Shown in pieces: positions 54,887 to 64,000 of a stretch of 64,000 nucleotides of DNA. The notes under the pieces are model-generated. The model made no database searches, had not been told where the DNA came from, and was given only the letters and a program-made list of their open reading frames with translations. Positions within the stretch are counted from its first letter, which is position 1; every line of letters starts with the position of its first letter. A program made the translations under genes and the position numbers. This stretch comes from a virus: positions 53,016-117,015 of the IMG/VR virus record IMGVR_UViG_3300039106_000244; one strand, given 5' to 3'.

Positions 54887-55771
54887 ATGGCAACGGCAAC
54901 AGGCAATCTAACCGCAAATCTTAGTCTAACTACAGATAGTTTATACAATCCAGCTACAGGTACAGGCGCTGGACATATTGCATTTGATGCATCACTATTA
55001 CTTCCAGAAAATCAACAACGCAATGATATTATAGATTATATTCGTTTACGTTTAGGTGATGGTATTGTTGATGTTGAAGCAGACAAAGAACATTATGATA
55101 TGGGCATTAAACAAGCCTTTATTCGTTATCGACAACGCAGTTCAAACTCAGTAGAAGAAAGCTATGCGTTCTTAGACCTACACCCAGAAACACAAGAGTA
55201 CATACTACCACGTGAGATTATGGATGTTAGACAAATATTTAGACGTGGTATCGGTAGCGTAACGGGTACAACAGCAAGTCAGTTCGAACCATTCGCATCG
55301 GGTTACTTAAACACTTATATGCTAGTAGCTGGTCGAGTCGGTGGACTTGCTAACTACGAACTATTTGTAGATTATCAAAAGTTAGCAATGACTATGTTTG
55401 GAGGCTACATGAACTTTACGTTTAACAAAGCAACTAAGAAGCTAACAGTAATACGTAAACAACCATGGCAAGGTACTAACTCTACTGCGGTAGAAAGTGT
55501 TGCGCTATGGGTATACAACGTTAAACCTGATGCTATGTTATTAAACGACCCACAAGTATTTCCGTGGATACAAGATTATGCTTATGCATTAGTAATGATG
55601 AGCATTGGTCAAGCACGTGAAAAGTTTGCTACAATTGCTGGCCCACAAGGTGGCGGTAGTTTAAACGGAGCGGCACTTAAATCAGAAGGGCAAGCACTGT
55701 TAGATAAACTTGATGCTGAAATTTCAAGTTACGCAGATGGCGGGTCTCCGCTTACGTGGGTGACGGGTTAA
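54887..55771 (+). CDS. Neck protein, T4 gp13-like
   Basis: DYIRLRLGDGIVDVE, WIQDYAYAL...GQAREKF...GPQGGGSLNG. Confidence 0.85.
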   Translation: MATATGNLTANLSLTTDSLYNPATGTGAGHIAFDASLLLPENQQRNDIIDYIRLRLGDGIVDVEADKEHYDMGIKQAFIRYRQRSSNSVEESYAFLDLHPETQEYILPREIMDVRQIFRRGIGSVTGTTASQFEPFASGYLNTYMLVAGRVGGLANYELFVDYQKLAMTMFGGYMNFTFNKATKKLTVIRKQPWQGTNSTAVESVALWVYNVKPDAMLLNDPQVFPWIQDYAYALVMMSIGQAREKFATIAGPQGGGSLNGAALKSEGQALLDKLDAEISSYADGGSPLTWVTG

Positions 55772-55779
55772 ATCAATAA

Positions 55780-55808
55780 TTGACACCTGTCTGAAATAAA
55801 AGTATAAT
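55780..55808 (+). promoter_or_regulatory. Consensus sigma70 promoter
   Basis: TTGACA-N17-TATAAT upstream of the kinase gene. Confidence 0.85.
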
Positions 55809-55831
55809 ATACTATATACGAAAGGAATAGT

Positions 55832-56497
55832 ATGATTATATCAGTGACAGGCTTCATCGGTTCGGGTAAAGACACAATCGCAGATTACTTAGTAGCAGAG
55901 CATGGCTTTAAACGAGAGAGCTTTGCTGGTACACTTAAAGATGCAGTTGCAACAGTCTTCGGGTGGGATAGAGAACTACTCGAAGGGCGAAGCGCAGAAG
56001 GCAGAGCTTGGCGCGAAAAAGTAGATCCATGGTGGGCTAAACGCTTAAAGATGCCTAAACTAACTCCACGTTGGGTATTGCAAAACTGGGGTACAGAAGT
56101 GTGTCGACACGGATTCCATACTGATATATGGATAGCAAGCCTAGAAAACAAACTACGTAAAACAAACGAAGACATTGTAATCTCAGATTGCCGCTTTCCA
56201 AACGAACTTAAAATGATTAAGAATATGGGTGGTAAAACAGTGCGTGTTAAACGCGGCACCGAACCTGTATGGTATAATTCTGCTAAAGATGTTAATGCAG
56301 GCATGAAACGTATTGGCTGGGCATTAGGTAAAAGCGAGTTAGAAAAGTTAGGCATACATCCGAGTGAGTATGCGTGGATTGGTACTAAGTTTGATGTTAC
56401 TGTTACTAATGATGGTACTATAGATGACTTATATGCTAACACCGAAGCGTTAATTATATCAGAAATCCGGAACGAGATCGCCTTGAGTCCAGCCTAG
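55832..56497 (+). CDS. Deoxynucleoside monophosphate kinase, T4 gp1-like
   Basis: GFIGSGKDT P-loop, SFAGTLKD, TPRWVLQNWGTE, ISDCRFPNE, HPSE. Confidence 0.92.
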   Translation: MIISVTGFIGSGKDTIADYLVAEHGFKRESFAGTLKDAVATVFGWDRELLEGRSAEGRAWREKVDPWWAKRLKMPKLTPRWVLQNWGTEVCRHGFHTDIWIASLENKLRKTNEDIVISDCRFPNELKMIKNMGGKTVRVKRGTEPVWYNSAKDVNAGMKRIGWALGKSELEKLGIHPSEYAWIGTKFDVTVTNDGTIDDLYANTEALIISEIRNEIALSPA

Positions 56498-56809
56498 CCC
56501 TTCTTTAACGATGGCAATTTGACAATTAGCACACACTGTTCTTAAATTAAGCGGTGCATTGTTCTTTAAGTTACCATCAACATAGTACACGCTGAGTTGT
56601 TCTTTATACTTTGCCTTAAAGCCACATTTCTCACAGTGTGGCTTTTTCTTATATCCAGCAAGCATCCACGCCGGCTTTTGTGGCGCAAGTTTTCTATTCT
56701 TTCTAATACAACTACTGCAACGAGTACGATAATGAGTGACTCCTTCTCGCTTATAATTGACAGCAGATAAGTTTCTAGTACAGCTTTGACATAAAGGACG
56801 GTGTTCCAT
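56459..56809 (-). CDS. Zinc-finger / degenerate HNH protein (start reassigned to ATG at 56809)
   Basis: MEHRPLCQSC...RCSSC...CEKCGF...VDGNLKNN...NLRTVCANC; CTAAATA 4 nt upstream of this ATG. Confidence 0.65.
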   Translation of the reverse strand: MEHRPLCQSCTRNLSAVNYKREGVTHYRTRCSSCIRKNRKLAPQKPAWMLAGYKKKPHCEKCGFKAKYKEQLSVYYVDGNLKNNAPLNLRTVCANCQIAIVKEGLGWTQGDLVPDF

Positions 56810-56922
56810 ACTGTATTTAGCATACCGCAGCACACAAACCTTTGCCAAAGGCTCCTTAAAAGCCTATATTTTGCTAATACTGATAAATATTTTAAAGTAT
56901 TATAATAAAAGGATACTATACT

Positions 56923-59900
56923 ATGGCCGCATTACTATCACCAGGCGTATCAGTTAGCGTAATAGACGAAAGTCAATACACTCCGACTGCCGCTGGAACT
57001 ATACCTTACATTCTTCTTGCAACAGCACAAGATAAATTAACTCCAAGTAGCACTACTGCACTTGGAACAACAGCTGCAAATGCTGATAAATTACTTACTA
57101 TTACTAGCCAACGTGAATTAATTAGCACATTTGGTTATCCAGTATTCCAACAAGATGCACAAGGCAATCCAATCCATGCACATGAATTAAATGAATATGG
57201 TTTACTTGCTGCGTATAGTGCATTAGGAGTAGCTAATAGAGTGTATGTTCAACGTGCCGATGTTGATCTGAATCAACTTATAGGTACAAGCATTCGCCCA
57301 ACAGGCACACCATCGGATGGTATTTACTGGCTTGATCAAACATATACTAACTTAGGATTACACGAGTTTGTGAACGGTGCTAGTTTTACTAGACAAAGCA
57401 CATTAACAATATCTAGCACATCATACTTAGTTGGCGGTGTAGCTACAGGCGCACCATTACCATCATTTGGTGCAATTGGACAATATGCAGTTAACTCAAC
57501 AAGTCCTTCTAGTCCTGTATACTTTAAACGTTACGATAACGTGTGGACATTAGTTGGTAGTGATGAATGGATGCTTGCTCATCCTGCAATTGTTGGTAGC
57601 GAAGCGAATCCATCTGTAACAGCTGGACAACAATTAACTATCAATTCGATAACAGTAACACTAGGCGGTTCGGGTCTTCTTATTGACGATGTTGCAACTC
57701 AGATTAATGCCGCTGTAATTCCTGGTGTAGTAGCAACAGTTAATGTTGCTGGCCACATTGAATTACGTGTTAACGGATTAGCAAAAAGTAATGGTTCTGT
57801 GGTAGACGGTAAACTTAAAATTGATGCAGGATCGCCTGATCTTGCTGCAATACTAGGATTATGGGCAGGAGTAGAAATAACACGTACTCTATTAGCTCCA
57901 ACAGTACAATTTAGTGATTATCGTAACGTTCCGGCATGGAGAGTAAGTGATGCTCCAAATACACGTCCAAGTGGCAGTGTATGGTTTAAAACAACAGCAA
58001 CTGGCAATGGCGCATCATGGGCATTTAAACGCTACAGTGCTATAGCCGCTGGCTTTAGTCAAGTAGCTGCACCATTATATAATAATGATTTCTCTGCAAT
58101 CTATGGGTTAGATTCAACAGGTGGCGGTGCAGGCATTGCTGCAGGAACATTGTACGTTAAATATGACACAGCAGGAAATAATACAGCTACATTTACAGCA
58201 TACGAAAAACAAGTTGCTGGTTTAGTAAAAATAACGGGTATATCAAATCCTCCTGCATTGACTGCACATAATACATTTAGCCTAGCAGTATCAATTCCAG
58301 GATCAGATGTTAAAACTCCAGTAACAGTTGAATTATCAGGAACAACAGCACAATCATTTGTGGCAGATATTTTATCTAAAAATATACCAAACATTGTAGC
58401 TACTGTTGAATCCGGCGGCGCTGTAAGCATTAGTCATTTAGCTGGTGGTGTAATTGAATTTACAGCATTAACTGGTAGTCCACTAACTACATTGGGTCTA
58501 GTTGGCTCAAGCCAAGCAACTTGCCCAACAAATGTATACTATGTTTCATCTACTAAATGGTTAGCTAGTCCATGGGCTCCGTTAGTGTTTACTTTCTCAG
58601 CAACTGCACCATATAGTAATCCAGCTGATGGTACACTATGGTATTATAATAATCCACTTGACGTTGATATTATGATTAATGATGGTACTAATTGGAAAGG
58701 TTATAGAACTGTTAGCAATGATGCACGTGGTTACAATTTAGTAGCAACTGATGTTAATGGACCGATATTATCTGCCAGTCAACCAACTACACAAAGCAAT
58801 GGTACAACTGCGGTAGTAGCAGGTGATTTGTGGATTGATACAAGTGATTTAGAAAATTATCCATTGATTCGTCGTTACACAGGTGCTACATGGGAAACGA
58901 TAGATAATACAGATCAAGTTAGTACTGATGGTGTGGTATTTGCTGATGCACGATGGGCTAATGCTGTATTTGATCCGATTGTTGACTCATTACCGAGTAT
59001 TGCCGATATGGCACTTGTTAGCTTCTTAGACTCAGACGCACCAGATTACAGATTATATGCACGTGGCACAATATTGTTTAACACACGTCGTAGTGGATAC
59101 AATGTAAAACGTTTTGAATCTAACTATTTAACTGATGTAAATCTAATTGGTGCATCCTTTATTTCGTCTGCATGGGTAAGCCATAGCGGAATTAATGCCG
59201 GAACTGGTGTACCATATTTTGGACACAAAGCACAACGTAATACTGTAGTTGAGGCACTTAAATCTGCAATTGAAACTAGCGTAAACTTACGTGAAGAACA
59301 AGTTGAGTTTAACTTAATCGTTTGTCCTGGTTATCCAGAATTAATTCAAAACATGATTACTTTAAACAACGATCGCAAATCAACTGCATTTATTATTGGA
59401 GATAGTCCATTAACATTAAATTCAAGTTCAACTGCAATTACAACATGGGCAAGTAATGCTAATTTTGCAATTGATAATGGAGTTGATGGTCTTGTAAGTA
59501 CAAGTGAATATTTGGGTGTTTACTACCCAAGTGGTTATGCTACAAACTTAGATGGTAATAGCGTAGTTGTTCCAGCTTCACATGCAATGTTACGTACATA
59601 TATACGTAGCGACAATCAAAGTTATCCATGGTTTGCACCAGCTGGTGTACGTCGTGGTGTACTTGACAACGTAAGTTCAATTGGTTATGTTGATTTAGCT
59701 GATGGTAGTACATTTAAGAGTATTGGTGTTACGGTAGGTTTACGTGATGTATTATATACAAATCGTGTTAACCCATTAACAGTATTGCCAGGAGTTGGTT
59801 TAGTTGCATATGGCCAAAAAACTCGTGCTTCGATGACTAGTGCAATGGACCGAGTTAATGTTTCGCGCCTAGTATGTTACTTACGATTAGTACTTGATAA

Positions 59901-60168
59901 AGTTGCTCGTCCGTTCATATTTGAACCAAATGACACAATTACACGTAATCAAGTTAAAGGTGCATTTGAAGCGGTATTGAATGATATTGTTGCTAAACGC
60001 GGCATCTACGATTACTTGGTAGTGTGTGATACTTCAAACAACACACCAGATCGCATTGATCGTAACGAATTGTACATTGATATTGCAATTGAGCCAGTTA
60101 AAGCAATTGAATTTATTTACATTCCAGTAAGATTAAAAGGTACAGGCGGAATCGCAGCAGGACTTTAA
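56923..60168 (+). CDS. Contractile tail sheath protein, T4 gp18-like, with large insertion domains
   Basis: LLSPGVSVSVIDES; YPWFAPAGVRRG; YGQKT...DRVNVSRL...FIFEPND...CDTSNNTPDRIDRNEL...IEPVKAIEFIYI. Confidence 0.95.
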   Translation: MAALLSPGVSVSVIDESQYTPTAAGTIPYILLATAQDKLTPSSTTALGTTAANADKLLTITSQRELISTFGYPVFQQDAQGNPIHAHELNEYGLLAAYSALGVANRVYVQRADVDLNQLIGTSIRPTGTPSDGIYWLDQTYTNLGLHEFVNGASFTRQSTLTISSTSYLVGGVATGAPLPSFGAIGQYAVNSTSPSSPVYFKRYDNVWTLVGSDEWMLAHPAIVGSEANPSVTAGQQLTINSITVTLGGSGLLIDDVATQINAAVIPGVVATVNVAGHIELRVNGLAKSNGSVVDGKLKIDAGSPDLAAILGLWAGVEITRTLLAPTVQFSDYRNVPAWRVSDAPNTRPSGSVWFKTTATGNGASWAFKRYSAIAAGFSQVAAPLYNNDFSAIYGLDSTGGGAGIAAGTLYVKYDTAGNNTATFTAYEKQVAGLVKITGISNPPALTAHNTFSLAVSIPGSDVKTPVTVELSGTTAQSFVADILSKNIPNIVATVESGGAVSISHLAGGVIEFTALTGSPLTTLGLVGSSQATCPTNVYYVSSTKWLASPWAPLVFTFSATAPYSNPADGTLWYYNNPLDVDIMINDGTNWKGYRTVSNDARGYNLVATDVNGPILSASQPTTQSNGTTAVVAGDLWIDTSDLENYPLIRRYTGATWETIDNTDQVSTDGVVFADARWANAVFDPIVDSLPSIADMALVSFLDSDAPDYRLYARGTILFNTRRSGYNVKRFESNYLTDVNLIGASFISSAWVSHSGINAGTGVPYFGHKAQRNTVVEALKSAIETSVNLREEQVEFNLIVCPGYPELIQNMITLNNDRKSTAFIIGDSPLTLNSSSTAITTWASNANFAIDNGVDGLVSTSEYLGVYYPSGYATNLDGNSVVVPASHAMLRTYIRSDNQSYPWFAPAGVRRGVLDNVSSIGYVDLADGSTFKSIGVTVGLRDVLYTNRVNPLTVLPGVGLVAYGQKTRASMTSAMDRVNVSRLVCYLRLVLDKVARPFIFEPNDTITRNQVKGAFEAVLNDIVAKRGIYDYLVVCDTSNNTPDRIDRNELYIDIAIEPVKAIEFIYIPVRLKGTGGIAAGL

Positions 60169-60176
60169 TATACTCT

Positions 60177-60205
60177 GTTAATGGTGGTTAACCCCCACCA
60201 TTAAC
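60177..60205. other. Perfect 11-bp hairpin between sheath and tube genes
   Basis: GTTAATGGTGG-TTAACCC-CCACCATTAAC; no U tract. Confidence 0.6.
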
Positions 60206-60244
60206 TCGTGTATAAAAAGATAAATATATAAAAGGAATAATAAG

Positions 60245-60880
60245 ATGGCAACATCATCATTAAATAAATTTACAGTACCATTATCAACAAACCAAAGTGC
60301 ATCTGCACAAGGTCTATTGATGCCGAAATTAAAGTTCCGCTTCCGTGTAACTTTTGAAAATTTTGGTGTTAGCCAACCATCAACTGAGTTAACTAAACAA
60401 GTTATGGATTTTAAACGTCCGACTTTAACATTTGACCCGATTGAAATACCAATTTACAACAGTCGTGTATACTATGCAGGTAAACCAACGTGGGAAACAG
60501 TTACTTGTCAACTACGTGATGATGCAGGCGGAGAGACTAGTAAACGTGTTGGTGAGCAATTACAAAAACAATTTGACTTTATGGAACAATCTAGTGCAGC
60601 TACTGGTATTGATTATAAATTCCTTACACGCTTCGAAGTATTAGATGGCGGAAATGGTGCAAGTGAGCCAACTACATTAGAAACATGGGAAATGTATGGT
60701 TGCTTCTTAACATCAGTTGACTATGGTAACGCAGAGTATTCATCAAATGATCCGATGACTATTAGCTTAACTATCCGTTATGATAATGCATTACAAACTC
60801 CGACTGGTACAGGTGTTGGCACAGCAGTAGGCCAAGCATTTGTTAAATCAACAGGTGGCGTAGGTGCAATTACTGGTTAA
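60245..60880 (+). CDS. Tail tube protein, T4 gp19-like
   Basis: Follows sheath; PKLKFRFRV, YAGKPTWE...RDD, WEMYGCF...LTIRYD. Confidence 0.88.
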   Translation: MATSSLNKFTVPLSTNQSASAQGLLMPKLKFRFRVTFENFGVSQPSTELTKQVMDFKRPTLTFDPIEIPIYNSRVYYAGKPTWETVTCQLRDDAGGETSKRVGEQLQKQFDFMEQSSAATGIDYKFLTRFEVLDGGNGASEPTTLETWEMYGCFLTSVDYGNAEYSSNDPMTISLTIRYDNALQTPTGTGVGTAVGQAFVKSTGGVGAITG

Positions 60881-60902
60881 TAGCTAGTAAATGAAACAAC
60901 TT

Positions 60903-60932
60903 AAAAGCTCGGTAATTTCCGGGCTTTTTTTT
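60903..60932 (+). terminator. Rho-independent terminator
   Basis: AAAAGCTCGG-TAATTT-CCGGGCTTTTTTTT. Confidence 0.85.
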
Positions 60933-60962
60933 GGCGATAAATAATATAAATGGATAGCATAT

Positions 60963-62060
60963 ATGGCTGGCTTTATTAACCAATTCTTTACAGATCTAGC
61001 AACAGGACCTGATTTACGTGATCAGCAACATGCCGCACGAACCTTTGTTGATAGTTTATATAGACTCGGACCGAAGTCCGGTGCACTATTTCATGTATTC
61101 ATTGATGTTAATTCAACTGTAGCACAAGGCGACCCAACTGAAATTGGGCTAATGGCAAAAACTGCTTCGCTACCTAAGTTTACAATTCAAAACAAAATTT
61201 TAAATGCATATAATAGAAAAAACATAGTTCAAGAACGTATTAACTATGATCCGTTGACATTAACATTTCATGATGATAGTGCCGATGTTGTTCGCGGCTT
61301 CTGGCAGAATTATTACAAATATTATTTTAGAGATGCAGATCAAACAGAACAACAATTTAATATGATGCACAAATATCAAAAACGAGCATCTGAATCTTGG
61401 GGTTACAGTCCAAAAAACTCAACCGAAGCTGGTAACACTCCGAATTATATTAATGCAATTCGAATTTATAGTCTACATCAGAAACGCTTTAGTAGTTATA
61501 CGTTGATACGCCCAACTATCATTAACTTTGCACACGGACAGCACACCCAAGGGGAATACAATACTCTTGAACATTCGATGACTATAAATTACGAAGCAGT
61601 ACAATATGATAGTGGGTCAGTTAACCAAGGTAAGGTAATGGGCTTTCAACGTACTCATTATGATAATGTACCAAGTCCATTAACTGCCGCAGGTGGTGGT
61701 ACTCAGAGTATAATGGGACCGGGTGGGCTAATAGAAGGCGCAGGCGATGTCCTAACTAATTTACAAAGCGGTAACTTTGGTGCCGCAGCATTAACAGCAT
61801 TACGAGTTGGTAATAATGCTAAAAACATGAATTTAAAATCAGCCGCATCAGCTGAACTTAAACAAACTGCAATGAATATACTTAGAGGACAAAATACACA
61901 AAGTACAGTTTTTGTTCCTACACAAGGTGCTATTGCTGATGGGTTATCAAAAGCTGCAAATTCAATACCGGGCCTTATTAAACCAGCAACAGGGATATTC
62001 AATAATATGAATTCACAAAGCAATCAAATACCGAGTACTAACTCTCGTACAATCATATAA
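60963..62060 (+). CDS. Tail-tube-fold protein (gp19/gp54-like paralogue)
   Basis: KTASLPKF...YNRK...INYDPLTLTFHDD...MTINYE resembles a tube fold. Confidence 0.6.
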   Translation: MAGFINQFFTDLATGPDLRDQQHAARTFVDSLYRLGPKSGALFHVFIDVNSTVAQGDPTEIGLMAKTASLPKFTIQNKILNAYNRKNIVQERINYDPLTLTFHDDSADVVRGFWQNYYKYYFRDADQTEQQFNMMHKYQKRASESWGYSPKNSTEAGNTPNYINAIRIYSLHQKRFSSYTLIRPTIINFAHGQHTQGEYNTLEHSMTINYEAVQYDSGSVNQGKVMGFQRTHYDNVPSPLTAAGGGTQSIMGPGGLIEGAGDVLTNLQSGNFGAAALTALRVGNNAKNMNLKSAASAELKQTAMNILRGQNTQSTVFVPTQGAIADGLSKAANSIPGLIKPATGIFNNMNSQSNQIPSTNSRTII

Positions 62061-62069
62061 AGGACCTAT

Positions 62070-62708
62070 ATGACAATAAATGGAAATTTACCTCCTAGTA
62101 TCAACGTAAATGATAACACCACACAATATTTTAATAATTTTTTTAATCCTGGTATAAATGTTAATCAGAATATTGATGATTCGTTGATTGGATTTTTTCA
62201 ATCTATCACCGGGAATAAGGATAGTGGGAGAACTTTAGCGGCATCGGTTTTGTATACTGCAACAAGTCAAGGAATCGACATAATGTCATTCATTGATGAA
62301 TTACGTACTCTTAAAAAAGGCGGCATAATTGAACATAAAGAACCAATAGATAGTATATTAATTAATTCTACATATACTACATATCAGGAATTAATTCTTA
62401 ATAAGAATGATTATAATTTTGGACAATTATTTTACCTTCCGATACAAAATATATTTTATCAACTACAACCAACAGTTGGCGGCAATTCTGAATTAGTGGC
62501 AGTAGTTAACTATAAAGCAGATCGAGTAGTATTAAATAAAGATACAGTATTATATAATTATTTTGTAGTATCGTACACACAAGAACAAAACGAACTCAAT
62601 GCATATTTAACATTATTATTAAATTTAAATAGAGTAAACACTAGTTTACTTGGGCTTAGTAATAGTCCGCAACTAAACAAATATATAGCACGTGCTATAC
62701 TTCCATAA
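62070..62708 (+). CDS. Hypothetical protein
   Basis: 212-aa ORF with SD, coupled to the next gene (TAATG). Confidence 0.6.
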   Translation: MTINGNLPPSINVNDNTTQYFNNFFNPGINVNQNIDDSLIGFFQSITGNKDSGRTLAASVLYTATSQGIDIMSFIDELRTLKKGGIIEHKEPIDSILINSTYTTYQELILNKNDYNFGQLFYLPIQNIFYQLQPTVGGNSELVAVVNYKADRVVLNKDTVLYNYFVVSYTQEQNELNAYLTLLLNLNRVNTSLLGLSNSPQLNKYIARAILP

Positions 62709-63139
62709 TGGCAAAATACGCAAACGGCAAATATCAAATAACTAATCCTGAGAAATATATTGGTAAACGTTTACCAACATACAGATCAAGTTGGGAGTTT
62801 ACCTTTATGTCATTTTGCGATAACAACCCATCTATAATCAACTGGGCAAGCGAAGCAATTACTATTCCGTACCGTAACCCAGTGACTGGCAAGAACACGG
62901 TATATATTCCGGACTTTCTTGTAGTCTATTTAGATGCAAATCAACAACGTCATACTGAACTTATCGAAATCAAACCTAGTAAAGAAACAACAATGGAAGC
63001 GGCTAAAAGCTATCGCGACAAACTATCTGTAGCAATCAACATGGCTAAATGGGCAATGGCAGATCAATGGGCTAAAGCACACGGCATGCGTTTTAGAGTA
63101 GTATCGGAATTTGATATTTTTAAAAACGTTAAACGTTAA
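62708..63139 (+). CDS. Head completion nuclease, T4 gp4-like (TnsA-like)
   Basis: NPEKYIG...YRSSWE...CDNNP...WASE...IPY...YIPDF...IEIKP...NMAKW. Confidence 0.9.
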   Translation: MAKYANGKYQITNPEKYIGKRLPTYRSSWEFTFMSFCDNNPSIINWASEAITIPYRNPVTGKNTVYIPDFLVVYLDANQQRHTELIEIKPSKETTMEAAKSYRDKLSVAINMAKWAMADQWAKAHGMRFRVVSEFDIFKNVKR

Positions 63140-63157
63140 ACTACTAAATAGTTTACT

Positions 63158-63664
63158 ATGACACAAAAACTACAAGAATTATTTAACCTTGCTCCTACCG
63201 AAGAACCCTCAGTAGATGAAGCAAAGCATGTAATTGAAGAAAACACTGCAATATTAGCAGAGGTTGACCTTGCAATTGACAAAATTGATGCGGCACTACC
63301 GTATGTCAATGATATAGACACAACTGATAAAGAATTAGATGAGCTTGCCGACCTAGCAACTGATAAGTTCAAAGACTTAATGGATTTGGGTATGAACGTA
63401 GAAGCACGTTTTAGCGGAACCATACTGCAAACAGCGGGTACACTACTAGGTCATGCAATTACAGCAAGACAAGCTAAAATGGATAGAAAGATGCGTACCA
63501 TTGATCTGCAACTTAAAAAGATGCGTTTAGATCAACAAGCCGCAAAAGATGCACAGAAAACAGATGGTGATAAGTTACTTGATGCAGTAGATGGCGGCAC
63601 TGGCGTGGTACTTGATAGGAATGCACTACTAGCACAGATACTAGGCAAAAGCAAGCCAGATTAA
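63158..63664 (+). CDS. Hypothetical helical protein, possibly terminase small subunit-like
   Basis: 168-aa helical ORF after gp4; late motif CTAAATA upstream; function inferred from size and position only. Confidence 0.4.
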   Translation: MTQKLQELFNLAPTEEPSVDEAKHVIEENTAILAEVDLAIDKIDAALPYVNDIDTTDKELDELADLATDKFKDLMDLGMNVEARFSGTILQTAGTLLGHAITARQAKMDRKMRTIDLQLKKMRLDQQAAKDAQKTDGDKLLDAVDGGTGVVLDRNALLAQILGKSKPD

Positions 63665-63706
63665 AACAGCAATTTTGAATAAATAACTGTAAGGATATAT
63701 AAAACT

Positions 63707-64000
63707 ATGAAGAATTTTTTGCAACATTTAACTGAAAGCCAAAAAACATACGAGTTTGTAATTAAGATTGCTAACATCGATCCAGCGGAATCATTGGATA
63801 GATTAAAATCAGCACTTGATGCTTACGGCTTAGAAAGTTTAAGTAAACCAAAACGTTTACCAATTAAAGCCAATGATATTGATTTTCCGGCTTTGGTTAA
63901 CTGCCAGTTATACTTAATGGATGCAGTGCTTAAATATCCAGTAAACGATGCGCAATTACGTGCTATTGTATCAGAACGTGGAGCAATTCCGCCTAGCAAT
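63707..64000 (+). CDS. Hypothetical protein, truncated by window edge; possible internal head protein
   Basis: Not in ORF track. MKNFLQHLTESQKTYEFVIKIAN... open to the end; SD AAGGA; N-terminal MKxF...LxE resembles T4 capsid-targeting/gp21 cleavage sequences. Confidence 0.65.
   Translation, partial: MKNFLQHLTESQKTYEFVIKIANIDPAESLDRLKSALDAYGLESLSKPKRLPIKANDIDFPALVNCQLYLMDAVLKYPVNDAQLRAIVSERGAIPPSN

Noticed and set aside
60177-60205. Intrinsic terminator after the sheath gene
   Set aside because: Strong stem but no U tract on either strand; kept only as a possible stabilising or processing hairpin.
62708-63139. Tn7-like transposon (TnsA similarity)
   Set aside because: Motifs and context fit the T4 gp4 head-completion nuclease; no TnsB/TnsC or transposon ends.
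1-64000. Genome-wide UAG reassignment (genetic code 15)
   Set aside because: Very long ORFs are intact under the standard code, coding density is already near complete, and TAG serves as a plausible true stop for several genes. Only one internal TAG was found.

Overview
The window is the virion-morphogenesis core of a large, AT-rich T4-like (jumbo-type) myophage. The minus strand carries a baseplate cluster: a 4149-aa wedge/receptor-type protein and gp6-, gp25-, gp5-, hub-, gp53- and gp48/54-like genes. Next come a late sigma factor (gp55), gp47/gp46, an Hc1-like protein, a GIY-YIG-type nuclease, an HNH/NUMOD3 homing endonuclease, a gp26-like chaperone and a tape-measure-like gene. The rest holds the head module (portal, core, protease, scaffold, major capsid), a paralogous fibre/structural array, a Nudix hydrolase, neck genes (gp13/14/15), dNMP kinase, sheath, tube and gp4. 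All product calls come from motif recognition and synteny; no database search was run. Most notable: (1) an atypical tRNA with a CUA (amber-reading) anticodon lies directly upstream of a gene whose SD-led true start is followed by an in-frame TAG at codon 3, in a genome that otherwise uses the standard code, suggesting a self-contained suppressor-tRNA/amber-gated gene module; (2) a ~560-nt promoter-driven, highly structured non-coding region at 28.6-29.2 kb; (3) a probable programmed -1 frameshift joining the gp26-like chaperone to a start-less downstream ORF; (4) systematic leaderless architecture behind both sigma70 and late promoters; (5) an RBS-occluding hairpin with a late promoter in its loop.
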